DNA of 64,000 nucleotides from a virus (Duplodnaviria; Heunggongvirae; Uroviricota; Caudoviricetes): IMG/VR virus record IMGVR_UViG_3300045049_000270; one strand, 5' to 3'. Under the pieces are notes generated by a model. That model did not search any database and had not been told where the DNA came from. It saw nothing but the letters and a program-made list of their open reading frames with translations. Every line of letters starts with the position of its first letter. Within the stretch, counting starts at the first letter, position 1. This document shows positions 10,563 through 20,777 of this stretch, piece after piece. The translations under genes were made by a program, and so were the position numbers.

Positions 10563-11759
10563 ATGGCAAGTATTAAAAATTTCAATCTTGTTGGTGTTGG
10601 CTCACAGGTTCAATTTGGTAAAGGCGGCCCACAGATCACCCAGAACGGGGGTGTCTTTGGTTTCTATGATCCAACAAATACAACTCTGGTGCCTGTACAG
10701 GTAGCCACACCAACAGCGGCTAGTCACGCCGTAACAAAGTCATATGTTGACACTCAAGTTGGCAACATTTCGACTGCTCACATTCGTGACAATTCAACTT
10801 CACCCAAAGCACAAGTTGCAACAGATGAAGTATCTGGTGATGTGACTATTGATGTGTCAACCGGTACGGCTGGGGCGCGTATTGCCACATTTTCGGGCAG
10901 TGCTGCTAGTAATTCTAGTCTAAACATCGACAATGCTACTGCTGGACAGATCAATATTAACGCTTACAGTTCTACGGCAACTGATGTAAGTGTTTTTATT
11001 AATCCGCAAGGCAATGGGCGAGTTTACATTGGTAATAATCTATCAGATTCTGCTCTACAGGCTGATGATGGACAATCACTGACCTTGGCGGGTGGCGATA
11101 GCACAACAGCGAATGGTGGTAATCTGTATTTGCGTGGTGGTAACACTACACATTCAGGTAGTACTAACGGTAATGTTATTTTAGAAGATAGTACAGGGGC
11201 AACCTCACTTACTATTGCTGGTGTTACTGGTTCTAATAGCAGTTTAACAGCATCGAATGGTGTAGCTCAGGCAACAATTTCCGTAGCTACCTCTGTGACG
11301 AATGCTGATTTGGTTCTGGCTCCTGCAGGCACCGGCGCAGTAAATGTTTCCAATGCCGCAATTCATAATGTTGCTAATCCAACAAATGCACAGGATGCAG
11401 CAACTAAGAACTATGTTGACACCCAGATTACTGCCAACAAGTCTGGTTCTATGCAATGTTTGGTTGCAACAACCACAACGACTACAACGAACCTTGGTTC
11501 ACCAATTACTGGTCGTATTCGTTATGTGACTGTTGAGATTCTGACACCATATACTGCAGGTGCTACTATCACACTTGGTACAAGCACAAATGCTACACAA
11601 ATCAGTGATGCATCACAGCAAGATGAAACAACAGCAGGTTTGTATTCATTCCAAGTTGATGTGGATTACACTACAGCTACTCAAATCGTTGCGACAATAA
11701 ATGGTTCACCAGCAACAGGACAAGCTCGAGTTATGATTGATTATATCCAGAACGGCTAA
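10563..11759 (+). CDS. virion fibre/structural protein, paralogue of 8628..10427
   Basis: N-terminus MASIKNFNLVGVGSQVQFGKGGPQ nearly identical to ORF 8628; two A.TK.YVD motifs. Confidence 0.7.
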   Translation: MASIKNFNLVGVGSQVQFGKGGPQITQNGGVFGFYDPTNTTLVPVQVATPTAASHAVTKSYVDTQVGNISTAHIRDNSTSPKAQVATDEVSGDVTIDVSTGTAGARIATFSGSAASNSSLNIDNATAGQININAYSSTATDVSVFINPQGNGRVYIGNNLSDSALQADDGQSLTLAGGDSTTANGGNLYLRGGNTTHSGSTNGNVILEDSTGATSLTIAGVTGSNSSLTASNGVAQATISVATSVTNADLVLAPAGTGAVNVSNAAIHNVANPTNAQDAATKNYVDTQITANKSGSMQCLVATTTTTTTNLGSPITGRIRYVTVEILTPYTAGATITLGTSTNATQISDASQQDETTAGLYSFQVDVDYTTATQIVATINGSPATGQARVMIDYIQNG

Positions 11760-11776
11760 TACGCCATCTGGTTCTC

Positions 11777-11807
11777 AGAATGGCATCCTTCGGGATGCCA
11801 TTCTTTT
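11777..11807 (+). terminator. rho-independent terminator
   Basis: AGAATGGCATCC-ttcg-GGATGCCATTCT followed by T run. Confidence 0.8.
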
Positions 11808-11871
11808 GAATTTTGCTATTTAAAAGTTCACTAAATATAATAATTAAAACGAGCTTTAATGGCAGCGGCTA

Positions 11872-12384
11872 ATGGCAACGGTAGCAAAATTAAAAGGAAC
11901 ATCGGCAGGAAGCTTCACTATTGGTTTGAAGGGAGCTACTCTTTATCAAGGCACCAGCACGAGCCTTGTAGTGAGTCCTCAAACTGGTGACTTATTCATT
12001 CAAACCGGGAGTTCACCAAAAGTTTTGCAATATAGCGGCTCAGTATGGCTACAATTAACTCCAGTAGATCAATGGGCTGAAGTAACCACTACAGCAACGT
12101 TATCATCAAACACCAATTATTTTGCTAATACTTCAAGTGCTGCATTTACGGTAACTTTACCGAGTTCTCCAAACATGGGTGATAGAATCACCATAATTGA
12201 CGGTGCTGGAACATTCGCCGTAAACAATCTCACAGTACATCCAGGCAGTGGCACCATCATGGGTCAAACTGGTAAAAATCTTATATTGAACACTAACAAT
12301 GTAGCGGTAGACTTGGTTTATTATAATTCAACTTATGGCTGGCGTATCATTGAAACTAGCTCGTTCAATTACACATACGCATAA
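11872..12384 (+). CDS. tail fibre-related structural protein
   Basis: FTVTLPSSPNMGDRITIIDGAGTFAVNNLTV...YGWRI resembles the T4 gp34-type N-terminal fibre repeat; CTAAATA at 11831. Confidence 0.6.
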   Translation: MATVAKLKGTSAGSFTIGLKGATLYQGTSTSLVVSPQTGDLFIQTGSSPKVLQYSGSVWLQLTPVDQWAEVTTTATLSSNTNYFANTSSAAFTVTLPSSPNMGDRITIIDGAGTFAVNNLTVHPGSGTIMGQTGKNLILNTNNVAVDLVYYNSTYGWRIIETSSFNYTYA

Positions 12385-12416
12385 TAAATACCAAGTAAAT
12401 TTCTCTTTCTTGGTAT

Positions 12417-13007
12417 ATGGCACATCATCATTATCATAAGGAACCGCTTTGGAAGGAACTCTGGCGTCCACTAGCGGCTTTTGTTTATCTAGCAATCTGT
12501 ATTCTAGATTTCGGTATCATGCCGATCATCTATGAAATGATTAACCAAAGTATCTCAAATCAATCATTGGTTGATTTGGCTCTGAAATTTACTGATTCAG
12601 CCGCCCAGATTGAAGCTTTGCATACACTACGACAAGCACGAGTATGGGTACCGTTAACCCTTCAGGGTAATGGTATGTTTCATATCGCATTTGGTGCCAT
12701 CCTAGGTGTTTCAGCTTGGACTCGTGGCCAAGAAAAAGCAATGATGAGCTTTGGTGGATATAACAGTTTTGGGGGAAACTTTGGGGCTGGTAACTTCGGG
12801 AGTTTCAATAATTTCCCTACCCAACAATATAACTCGGCTTCAAATTTTGGTGGCCTCAATAACGGTAATCAATACAATGGACAGCAACATCAATTCACAC
12901 CAATGAGTGGTGTGCAAAATGTTCAACAACCAGCACCAGTGAAAACAAATGCGGTTAGTGTTAGTCCGAAATTTGATATCGTGAACCCGGACGACGCAAA
13001 TGAATAA
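12417..13007 (+). CDS. holin of the 3-TM (GTA-release-like) type with N/Q/G/F-rich tail
   Basis: WRPLAAFVYLAICILDF...WVPLTLQGNGMFHIAFGAILGVSAWTRGQEK; AATAAATA at 12383. Confidence 0.6.
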   Translation: MAHHHYHKEPLWKELWRPLAAFVYLAICILDFGIMPIIYEMINQSISNQSLVDLALKFTDSAAQIEALHTLRQARVWVPLTLQGNGMFHIAFGAILGVSAWTRGQEKAMMSFGGYNSFGGNFGAGNFGSFNNFPTQQYNSASNFGGLNNGNQYNGQQHQFTPMSGVQNVQQPAPVKTNAVSVSPKFDIVNPDDANE

Positions 13008-13635
13008 TATAGATATTCCTCGCTATGTAAAGTTGGTTAGTCCTGATCATATCTCTATGGGCGATGCGCGTCTGTGGTTCAAGACTGTTCAGGAAACTGC
13101 TCCACAAGGTACAATGACAAGTATTGATATGGTTGGGCTTGGTGGCAAACCTGTATCATATCGTATGGTTCGCCGTAAAGAAGGCAATGATACTTCTTTG
13201 ATTATCCCATTATCACGTGATCTTCTCCCTGACGAAGTGGAAAATATATCGCGTAAATGGACTGAAGTGTGTCCGTCAGGCAAATATTCAATTCGATCAA
13301 ACAGCAGTCAAGCAGATCGACTTGAGAATAACATCAAAGACATCACTATGCCTCAAGATGAATACATGAGTTTATGCGCAGAATTAGCAAAGCGTCAACA
13401 TGAAAGTTGGGTGCGCGACAAGGTTGATATGGGATGGCGTTATGGACCAACAATCAGTGTCGTAAACAAAACACATCCCATGCTTCGTCCCTGGTCAGAG
13501 CTCCCCGACCAGTACAAAAATGTGGATACTAGTAGTCCTGAAAACTTCTTAAACTTCCTCAATAATCAAGGATATGCTGTTGTTCGTAAAGAAGAATTAG
13601 GCAGCCTGATACAACTCCTACGCAACATCCGTTAA
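13000..13635 (+). CDS. RyR-domain protein
   Basis: HESWVRDKVDMGWRYGP...KTHPMLRPWSELP RyR repeat signature. Confidence 0.75.
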   Translation: MNNIDIPRYVKLVSPDHISMGDARLWFKTVQETAPQGTMTSIDMVGLGGKPVSYRMVRRKEGNDTSLIIPLSRDLLPDEVENISRKWTEVCPSGKYSIRSNSSQADRLENNIKDITMPQDEYMSLCAELAKRQHESWVRDKVDMGWRYGPTISVVNKTHPMLRPWSELPDQYKNVDTSSPENFLNFLNNQGYAVVRKEELGSLIQLLRNIR

Positions 13636-13647
13636 CACCAGTGGCGC

Positions 13648-13675
13648 TTGACTAGGCGCCATTTTCGTGTATCAT
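13648..13675 (+). promoter_or_regulatory. sigma70-like promoter with -35 in a hairpin loop
   Basis: TTGACT-N16-TATCAT; arms TGGCGC/GCGCCA flank the -35. Confidence 0.5.
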
Positions 13676-13706
13676 ATGAACTAAGTAGACTTCATATGAG
13701 GAGCGA

Positions 13707-15077
13707 ATGTCAAAAAATACCGTCACCGTGTTGCGCAAGCTTGCAGCAACGACTTCCCGAACTGACAAAGAGCAGATCATTCTTGATGCTTGGATGACTG
13801 GTGAGCGGGATTTCTTCGTGGGTTGTCAATTAGCATATGATATCCTGATCAGCTTCGGCGTAGCTAAGGTTCCAGAACTCGAGGTAGATGATGGGCAACC
13901 CGGCCCATTTGATTTCAAGGCATTCCGTGACCTCGCAAATAAGCTTCATAAGCGTCAGCTCACAGGCAATGCTGCGCGAGAAGCAATGAATCAAGCAGCG
14001 CTCAACAGCGATTTTGCGGAATGGAATGAATTCTTCCGTAGGATTCTGCTTAAAGATCTGCGTGCTGGTATCAGCGAATCAACAGTCAATAAAATCCTGG
14101 AAAAAGTTTCAAAGAGTGACCCTGATGCACTCAACTATATCGTGCCGGTGTTCAGCTGTCAGCTGGCCAAAGACGGAGCGGACGAGCAACATGCCAAGAA
14201 GCTCAAAGGCAAGAAGATGCTCGATCCGAAATTAGATGGTGTTCGATTGTTAACCATCATCGATAAGGAAGAACGGAGTGTAGTCCAGTACACACGCAAC
14301 GGCAAGATCAATAAGAACTTCCCGCATATTACCAAAGCACTTGAAACCATTATCGATCAAGTGCCAGTCAGTATTGTTCTGGATGGCGAAGTTGTTGCCA
14401 AGTCATTCCAAGATCTGATGAAGATGGTCAACCGCAAAGAAGATCTTGATTCATCTACTGCGAAACTTGCGCTATTTGATATCATCCCTCTTGCCGATTT
14501 CAAGAAAGGTAAGTGTGCTATGACACAGAAAGACCGCCATAAGGTCTTGAGTGGTATGATGGGCCTGCTGCAACAACATACGAATGGATTCGTCTATGTG
14601 ATTCCCAAGATCACAGTTGATCTTGATACACCAGATGGCCAAAAAGCCTATGCGGAATTCAATGCTGAGACTGTGAAGGCTGGTTATGAGGGCATCATGG
14701 TTAAGGATCCCGAAGCGCCATACGAAACCAAACGTACTTCTGCATGGTTGAAGGTCAAGCCTTTTATCGAAATCTCGATGACAATCATCGGGTTTGAGGA
14801 AGGTACTGGTAAGAACGTCGGCAAACTTGGTGCTGCTATTTGCGAGATCCTTCCCTGCGAAGAAACAGGCGGACGTCACGTAATCAGCAATGTTGGATCT
14901 GGTTGGTCAGATGAAGATCGTAATGAGATTTGGATCAATCGTTCGAAATATAAGGGATTCATTCTTGAAGTGAAGGCTGATTGTTTCACGAAGGAACAGA
15001 ACAGCGACGATCTATGGTCGTTGCGTTTTCCACGCGCTAAGGGGTTCCGAGGTACTGAACCTGGTGAAAAGCTGTAA
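13707..15077 (+). CDS. ATP-dependent DNA ligase
   Basis: KLDGVR adenylation motif; LDGEV, EGIMVK, WLKVK, GSGW, SLRFPR motifs. Confidence 0.95.
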   Translation: MSKNTVTVLRKLAATTSRTDKEQIILDAWMTGERDFFVGCQLAYDILISFGVAKVPELEVDDGQPGPFDFKAFRDLANKLHKRQLTGNAAREAMNQAALNSDFAEWNEFFRRILLKDLRAGISESTVNKILEKVSKSDPDALNYIVPVFSCQLAKDGADEQHAKKLKGKKMLDPKLDGVRLLTIIDKEERSVVQYTRNGKINKNFPHITKALETIIDQVPVSIVLDGEVVAKSFQDLMKMVNRKEDLDSSTAKLALFDIIPLADFKKGKCAMTQKDRHKVLSGMMGLLQQHTNGFVYVIPKITVDLDTPDGQKAYAEFNAETVKAGYEGIMVKDPEAPYETKRTSAWLKVKPFIEISMTIIGFEEGTGKNVGKLGAAICEILPCEETGGRHVISNVGSGWSDEDRNEIWINRSKYKGFILEVKADCFTKEQNSDDLWSLRFPRAKGFRGTEPGEKL

Positions 15078-15148
15078 ACTTCACGATTTGGTTGCATAAT
15101 ACTGCCGTAAAACGGCAGTATTATGCCATTCATAACAATAAAGGTGAT

Positions 15149-15925
15149 ATGATGGGAAGACTCGCAACCTTAAGCGAGCTAACACAGGGCTTGGGTGCTG
15201 ATTGGTATTTTACTGAATTCGAAAATGGCCAACCAGTGCTTCCCTCGGATGAATTCAAGCATGACGTTGCTATCAATAATGATACGTTCAAGCAACATCA
15301 TGGATTAAAAAACATCATCCGTAAGTTCGTAACTGAAAATGTAACTGATCTTGTGCTTGTCGATGAGGTCACTGAAGATTATTTCCACTACTGGTCTACA
15401 CGTGGACCTCGCTATGATTGGGACGGTGGCCATATTCATTGGGGGTTTCACATCTTCTATTTTCAAGAAGAAAATGAAGCAGTCTTGTTCAAACTACGCT
15501 TCAGTGAGTATATCGCTGAATTAACGCCGTATGACCCTGAGCGTCCACCGTCCCATATTCAAGAAGCTGAGTACAGAAAGAAGGAAGCTGAACAGAATCT
15601 TGCAACTGCACAAGAACGGCTTTCCAAAGCACAAGTTGCTTATAAGAAAGCGTTGGCAAATAAAAAGAATGAAGAATGGGATGAATTCATTGAAGAATGC
15701 TTCGAGCTTGAAGAGGATGACCTTAAGAAATTGGCAGACCAATTTGATTGGGAAGATTTCGATGAGGATGGCAATATCTTCTTCGTAAATCAGGATTCGG
15801 GAGCAACATTCAAGAGCCCAACCTTAAGCAATGCCATCAAATGGAAAAAGAGAGTCATGCGAGAAACCAAAGACCTCGAAGAACATTTGAAAGATCCCTT
15901 CTCACGACGTCGACGCCTATACTAA
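15149..15925 (+). CDS. hypothetical protein with internal FKL-family motif and coiled coil
   Basis: FQEENEAVLFKLRF mid-protein; ATG 15149 after AAGGTG. Confidence 0.6.
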   Translation: MMGRLATLSELTQGLGADWYFTEFENGQPVLPSDEFKHDVAINNDTFKQHHGLKNIIRKFVTENVTDLVLVDEVTEDYFHYWSTRGPRYDWDGGHIHWGFHIFYFQEENEAVLFKLRFSEYIAELTPYDPERPPSHIQEAEYRKKEAEQNLATAQERLSKAQVAYKKALANKKNEEWDEFIEECFELEEDDLKKLADQFDWEDFDEDGNIFFVNQDSGATFKSPTLSNAIKWKKRVMRETKDLEEHLKDPFSRRRRLY

Positions 15926-16049
15926 GACGTTATCTAAGCAGTTAATTTCCAAGTTTCTAAATAGATAAATCCTCGAATTGATTTCGGGGATTTATTGCAA
16001 TGCCAAGTTTCTCAAAACTATAATGTGGCATACTTAGGAATTTGGACTT

Positions 16050-17081
16050 ATGAATGACGGTAAGATCGGTTTTTGCTGTAAATGGTTAAGTGGCTCCGGC
16101 GACAAAGATGCTGAAGCACTCATGAACTACAAAACCACAACCATCGCTTGTCTGTCACGTCTCAACGATTCCAAACTAATTGATAAACTACTAGGTCTTG
16201 TCAGCCATAATCTGGTTGTAACTACGAATCTAGTAAACTGGGTTGGAGAGCAACCCAGGCATCAACGACTGCTTCGCTTAGGCTCTGATCTTCTGCCGGC
16301 ATACACGCATGAGATTGCCAATTGGGCTTATCAAGAACCAACCATTCGAAAAGTAATTGAATCCAAATTCGAAGAAATAGGTACGATTGCTCGAGAAAAG
16401 AATGTCAGACTATCATTTCATCCTGGTCAATTTTGCGTATTGAATTCAGTAAGTGAAATTACACAACAACGGGCGATTGCAGAAATCGAATACCATGTTG
16501 AAATGATGCGTTTAATGGGTTATACGGGTGGTTGGCACAAGCACGGCGCTGCCATCAATATCCATGTTGGAAGCAAGGATGGTGGAATTCAGAGACTTCT
16601 CTCTGGGTTTTACAGTCTCAGTGAGGACGCTCGCAACCTCCTGACAATCGAGAATGATGAAATTGGTTTTGGATTAACCGCGATTGAGCCATTGGCAGAT
16701 CACATTGCACTCGTATTAGATATACACCATGAATGGGTTTACAGTGGTGGGAAATACATTACTCCTGACGATAAACGTATTGAATATGTTAAGAACAGTT
16801 GGCGCGGTGTACGTCCCCTAGGACATTATTCAGTATCTTCGAATAGTCTCATGATTGGCCATCCAGAAGACCAATTACCCGACTTTCAATCATTACGAGA
16901 TCAGGGATTACCATTGCGTGATATTCGAGCCCATAGTGATGGGTGTTGGAATCAAGCAGCTAATGATTGGGCTTTATCGCATCTTCAATGGATGGATATT
17001 GAAGTTGAAGCGCGGGAAAGGAATTTGGCTTCACAACAATTAGTTAATAGAGCAATGCAAACAGGTGTTATCAAAAACTAG
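16050..17081 (+). CDS. uvsE: UV damage endonuclease
   Basis: IGFCC, RLGSDLLP, RLSFHPGQFCVLNS, INIHVG, LTIENDE, VLDIHH, AHSD. Confidence 0.92.
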   Translation: MNDGKIGFCCKWLSGSGDKDAEALMNYKTTTIACLSRLNDSKLIDKLLGLVSHNLVVTTNLVNWVGEQPRHQRLLRLGSDLLPAYTHEIANWAYQEPTIRKVIESKFEEIGTIAREKNVRLSFHPGQFCVLNSVSEITQQRAIAEIEYHVEMMRLMGYTGGWHKHGAAINIHVGSKDGGIQRLLSGFYSLSEDARNLLTIENDEIGFGLTAIEPLADHIALVLDIHHEWVYSGGKYITPDDKRIEYVKNSWRGVRPLGHYSVSSNSLMIGHPEDQLPDFQSLRDQGLPLRDIRAHSDGCWNQAANDWALSHLQWMDIEVEARERNLASQQLVNRAMQTGVIKN

Positions 17082-17085
17082 AATT

Positions 17086-17114
17086 TTGACACTTCATACA
17101 CATACAAATAAACT
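17086..17114 (+). promoter_or_regulatory. sigma70-like promoter
   Basis: TTGACA-N17-TAAACT. Confidence 0.55.
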
Positions 17115-17147
17115 TCTGGCATAATAACAATCACAAAGGAAGTGGTT

Positions 17148-17396
17148 ATGAATCTCACAGCAGACGACAAAATTAAAATCAAGGATCTAATCGAGAAGGG
17201 TATTCTTATCAACGAAGAAATCGCTGATCTTCGTGGTGGTTTGAATGACACGGTCAAAAAGGTAGCAGAGGAAATTGGCTGTTCACCTAAAGTACTCAAG
17301 CAAGCTATGAAGGTTGCAGTCAAAGCCAATCTCAAGGAAGTTCAAGATGATGTTGAAAATCTTGAAGAAGTCCTTCGGGTCGCAGGTCGTGCGTAA
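17148..17396 (+). CDS. T4 DsbA-like double-stranded DNA-binding protein
   Basis: Small helical protein, LNDTVKKVAEEIGCSPKVLKQAMKVAVK; located just before DNA polymerase. Confidence 0.55.
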   Translation: MNLTADDKIKIKDLIEKGILINEEIADLRGGLNDTVKKVAEEIGCSPKVLKQAMKVAVKANLKEVQDDVENLEEVLRVAGRA

Positions 17397-17459
17397 GCAA
17401 TGCCTTTAATCGCCTGTTTTCGGGCATAAATACGAGCCCCAAAATTTTGGGGCTCGTTC

Positions 17460-17789
17460 TTGGAGAAAGTTTTGTTTAAAGGCATTATTGAAAACTGGAT
17501 CAAGGACTTCAAAACAAACCCAGTCCTGTTCTGGCTTGAAATGGTTGGAATTGCGGGTGGAATGATTGCAGCAGGTACTCTTGCACTGACTGTTCCCAAT
17601 TCACCATTCTTCTTCATCTATCTGTCATATATTATTGGCAGTACTTGTCTGATTATTGCCAGTTATTTGCGCAATAATGGGTTCTGGGTTATACTCAACT
17701 TATACTTCGTATCAATTGATATTATTGGTTTGACGCATTTGCTTATCAAATACAACGTCTTTGGTGCGATTTTGGCACTCTTGAAATAA
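17460..17789 (+). CDS. small membrane protein
   Basis: Three to four hydrophobic segments; CATAAATA at 17425. Confidence 0.6.
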   Translation: MEKVLFKGIIENWIKDFKTNPVLFWLEMVGIAGGMIAAGTLALTVPNSPFFFIYLSYIIGSTCLIIASYLRNNGFWVILNLYFVSIDIIGLTHLLIKYNVFGAILALLK

Positions 17790-17792
17790 TCC

Positions 17793-20777
17793 ATGTCATA
17801 CGTAGACGCAATATACGACCGAGAAAAAGACTTAATTAAAGTAGTTGGTAGAGATACTGACGGTAATCGAACATATACGGAGCATCCAGCCAATTATCTG
17901 TTCTATTACCCAGATCCACGTGGCAAATACAAAAGCATTTATGGCGATGTTTGTAGCATGTACTCGTCTGGCTCGCATAAAGCATTTATGCGAGAGAAGA
18001 TGCTGGTTCAACGTTCAAAGAAGTTATTCGAAAGCGATATTAATCCAGTATTTCGTTGTTTGGAACAAACATATCGTGGTATTGAAGCACCAGCATTGAA
18101 TCTGTGCTTTTTTGATATTGAGGTCGCGTTCGATACCAAGCGAGGTTTCGCACCGACCGAAGATCCATTCAATGAAGTAACGGCAATTAGTTGTTATCTA
18201 AGTCATATTAACAAACTAATTACATTGGTATTATGCCCACCAACAATGGACCTCAATCAAGCAGAAGCAATCACAAACAAGTTTGAAGATACATTTTTGT
18301 TTGATGATGAAACGGCGTTGTTAAAGGCATTCCTGGATATAATCGAAGATTCAGATGTTCTTTCTGGTTGGAATTCAACTGGCTTCGATATTCCATATCT
18401 AGTGAATCGTATTATTCGTGTAATCGGTAAGGATGAAGCACGTCGTTTCTGCTTGTGGAATCAAGCACCCAAGAAGCGTGAATATATCAAATTCAAGAAG
18501 AAGTCCACAACCTACGATTTGGTTGGTCGTGTTCATCTTGATTACTTGGAATTATACCAGAAACATAATTCGCAACAGTTGCACTCATATCGATTGGACT
18601 TTGTTGGTGAGATTGAAGTAAAAGAAAACAAGGTACCATACGAAGGCACACTTGACGATTTGTATAAGAAGGACTTCCAGAAGTTCATCGAATACAACCG
18701 CCAGGATACGATGCTTTTGGTGAAGATTGATGCAAAGAAGAAATTCATTGAACTTGCCAACCAGATTGCTCATACCAATACTGTTCTGTTGAAGACCACA
18801 ATGGGTTCGGTGGCTTTGATTGAACAATCCATCATTAATGAAGCACATGATCGTGGTATGGTTGTTCCAGATCGTAAGATGGATGTGGTTGAAGATGAAG
18901 ATGAAGAAGAATACGATGATGAAGATGATGAAGAAGGTGGCGGCAATGTAAAGAAGAATGCAGTTGGTGCATATGTTGCAAAACCAAAGACTGGTCTTCA
19001 AGAAGAAATTGGTTGTTGTGATATTAACTCACTGTATCCATCAACACTTCGTGCGTTGAACATGAGTCCTGAAACACTAGTTGGGCATATTCGACCAACT
19101 GAAACAGAAGCAATGATTCAACAGCGTATTGCTGATGGTGTTGCAAAGTCAGATTTGTGGGAAGGTGTATTCTGTACGCTTGAATATGATCACGTAATGG
19201 CTCGTGACAAAGCACAAATCGTTGTTGATTTTGAAGATGGCACCACTCGTACATTCCGTGCAGATGAATTGAATGACTATATCTTCCATGAAGATCGTCC
19301 ATTGTGCATTACAGCAAACGGTACAATTTTCCGTACTGATGTGGCTGGTGTTATTCCGTCGCTTTTGGCACGTTGGTATTCGCAACGTAAGGAAATGCAA
19401 GCTCGTGAAAATACATATGCTCACGTGACTGATGATCACGAAACATTGACTAAGCTATTTGATGGCAACGGTGTAAGTGAATTCGTTTCACAATTGGAAA
19501 CTGAATTACCAAAAGCACAAAAGAGTGAAGTTGATGTTGGTAAGTTCTTGAAAGCTTTGTATGCTAAGGATGCGAAGCTGACTGCTGAAATTATGGTGTC
19601 ATATGGTTTTCGTTTGGAAGGTGACAACATTTATGCAGAAGACAAAGCAGCCGCTAAATCGTTGAAAACGTTCTGGAATCAACGACAACAAGCACGTAAG
19701 ATTTTGTTGAACTCGCTATATGGTGCTTTGTTGAATGAATCGATGAAGTTTTATGATAAGCGTATTGGTCAATCGGTTACTTTGACTGGGCGAAGTATTG
19801 CTCGCCATATGAACAGTAAGATTAATGAAATTATTACTGGTCAATATGACTATAAGGGCGAAGCAATCATTTATGCTGATACAGACTCATCATACTTTTC
19901 TGCAAAGAAAGTATGGGCAAACGACCCACAATTTAAGGATTTTGAATTCACACGTGAAAATATCATTAAGTTATATGATGGTATTGGTGAGGAAGTGAAT
20001 AGCAGTTTTCCAGAATTCATGACTAAGAGCTTCAATACTGGCCTTGAGCGTGGTGGTATTATCAAGGCTGGTCGAGAACTAGTAGCATCTAAGGGCTTGT
20101 TCATCAAGAAGAAGAAGTATGCTGTTCTGATGTATGACAAAGATGGTCAACGTTACGATGTGGATGGAGAGCCTGGCAAGTTGAAGGTCATGGGTCTAGA
20201 TCTGAAGAGATCAGATACACCACAATTCATGCAAGACTTCTTGGAAGATGTATTGATGTCGTTGCTGACTGGTTCTACTCAAGATGAGATTTTCGACATG
20301 ATTCGGAAGTTCCGTCGTGATTTCCGTGGCAGACCAGGTTGGGAAAAAGGCACACCAAAACGTGTTAATGGTTTAAGTGATTATACTGATCGTGAAGAAC
20401 AAGCAGCAGATGTGAGTGGCGATTTCCGTAAGCTGAAGGTTGGTACGAAGAGTAAAATTAACATGCCAGGTCAGGCACGAGCTGGTTTGAATTGGAATAA
20501 GCTTTGCAAGATGCATAATGACATGTTCTCTATGCGTATTACAGATGGTGCGAAAACAATCGTATGTAAATTGAAACCAAATCCTCTTGGTATGAATGCA
20601 GTCGCGTATCCAATCGATGAGCCACACTTGCCAACTTGGTTTAAGGAATTACCGTTTGATCATACTACGATGGAAGACACAATCATCGATGCGAAACTCA
20701 AGAACCTTCTTGGTGTTTTGAATTGGGATTTGTCACAAGCTAACGACGATTTGAGTAACGATTTATTCAGTTGGTAA
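17793..20777 (+). CDS. family B DNA polymerase
   Basis: Exo motifs DIEV, GWNS.GFD, YNRQD; polymerase motifs DINSLYPS, KILLNSLYG, YADTDS, KKKYA. Confidence 0.97.
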   Translation: MSYVDAIYDREKDLIKVVGRDTDGNRTYTEHPANYLFYYPDPRGKYKSIYGDVCSMYSSGSHKAFMREKMLVQRSKKLFESDINPVFRCLEQTYRGIEAPALNLCFFDIEVAFDTKRGFAPTEDPFNEVTAISCYLSHINKLITLVLCPPTMDLNQAEAITNKFEDTFLFDDETALLKAFLDIIEDSDVLSGWNSTGFDIPYLVNRIIRVIGKDEARRFCLWNQAPKKREYIKFKKKSTTYDLVGRVHLDYLELYQKHNSQQLHSYRLDFVGEIEVKENKVPYEGTLDDLYKKDFQKFIEYNRQDTMLLVKIDAKKKFIELANQIAHTNTVLLKTTMGSVALIEQSIINEAHDRGMVVPDRKMDVVEDEDEEEYDDEDDEEGGGNVKKNAVGAYVAKPKTGLQEEIGCCDINSLYPSTLRALNMSPETLVGHIRPTETEAMIQQRIADGVAKSDLWEGVFCTLEYDHVMARDKAQIVVDFEDGTTRTFRADELNDYIFHEDRPLCITANGTIFRTDVAGVIPSLLARWYSQRKEMQARENTYAHVTDDHETLTKLFDGNGVSEFVSQLETELPKAQKSEVDVGKFLKALYAKDAKLTAEIMVSYGFRLEGDNIYAEDKAAAKSLKTFWNQRQQARKILLNSLYGALLNESMKFYDKRIGQSVTLTGRSIARHMNSKINEIITGQYDYKGEAIIYADTDSSYFSAKKVWANDPQFKDFEFTRENIIKLYDGIGEEVNSSFPEFMTKSFNTGLERGGIIKAGRELVASKGLFIKKKKYAVLMYDKDGQRYDVDGEPGKLKVMGLDLKRSDTPQFMQDFLEDVLMSLLTGSTQDEIFDMIRKFRRDFRGRPGWEKGTPKRVNGLSDYTDREEQAADVSGDFRKLKVGTKSKINMPGQARAGLNWNKLCKMHNDMFSMRITDGAKTIVCKLKPNPLGMNAVAYPIDEPHLPTWFKELPFDHTTMEDTIIDAKLKNLLGVLNWDLSQANDDLSNDLFSW

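Noticed and set aside
19390-19690. Intein in the DNA polymerase insertion
   Set aside because: Short, and lacks the N-terminal Cys/Ser block and the C-terminal His-Asn signature.
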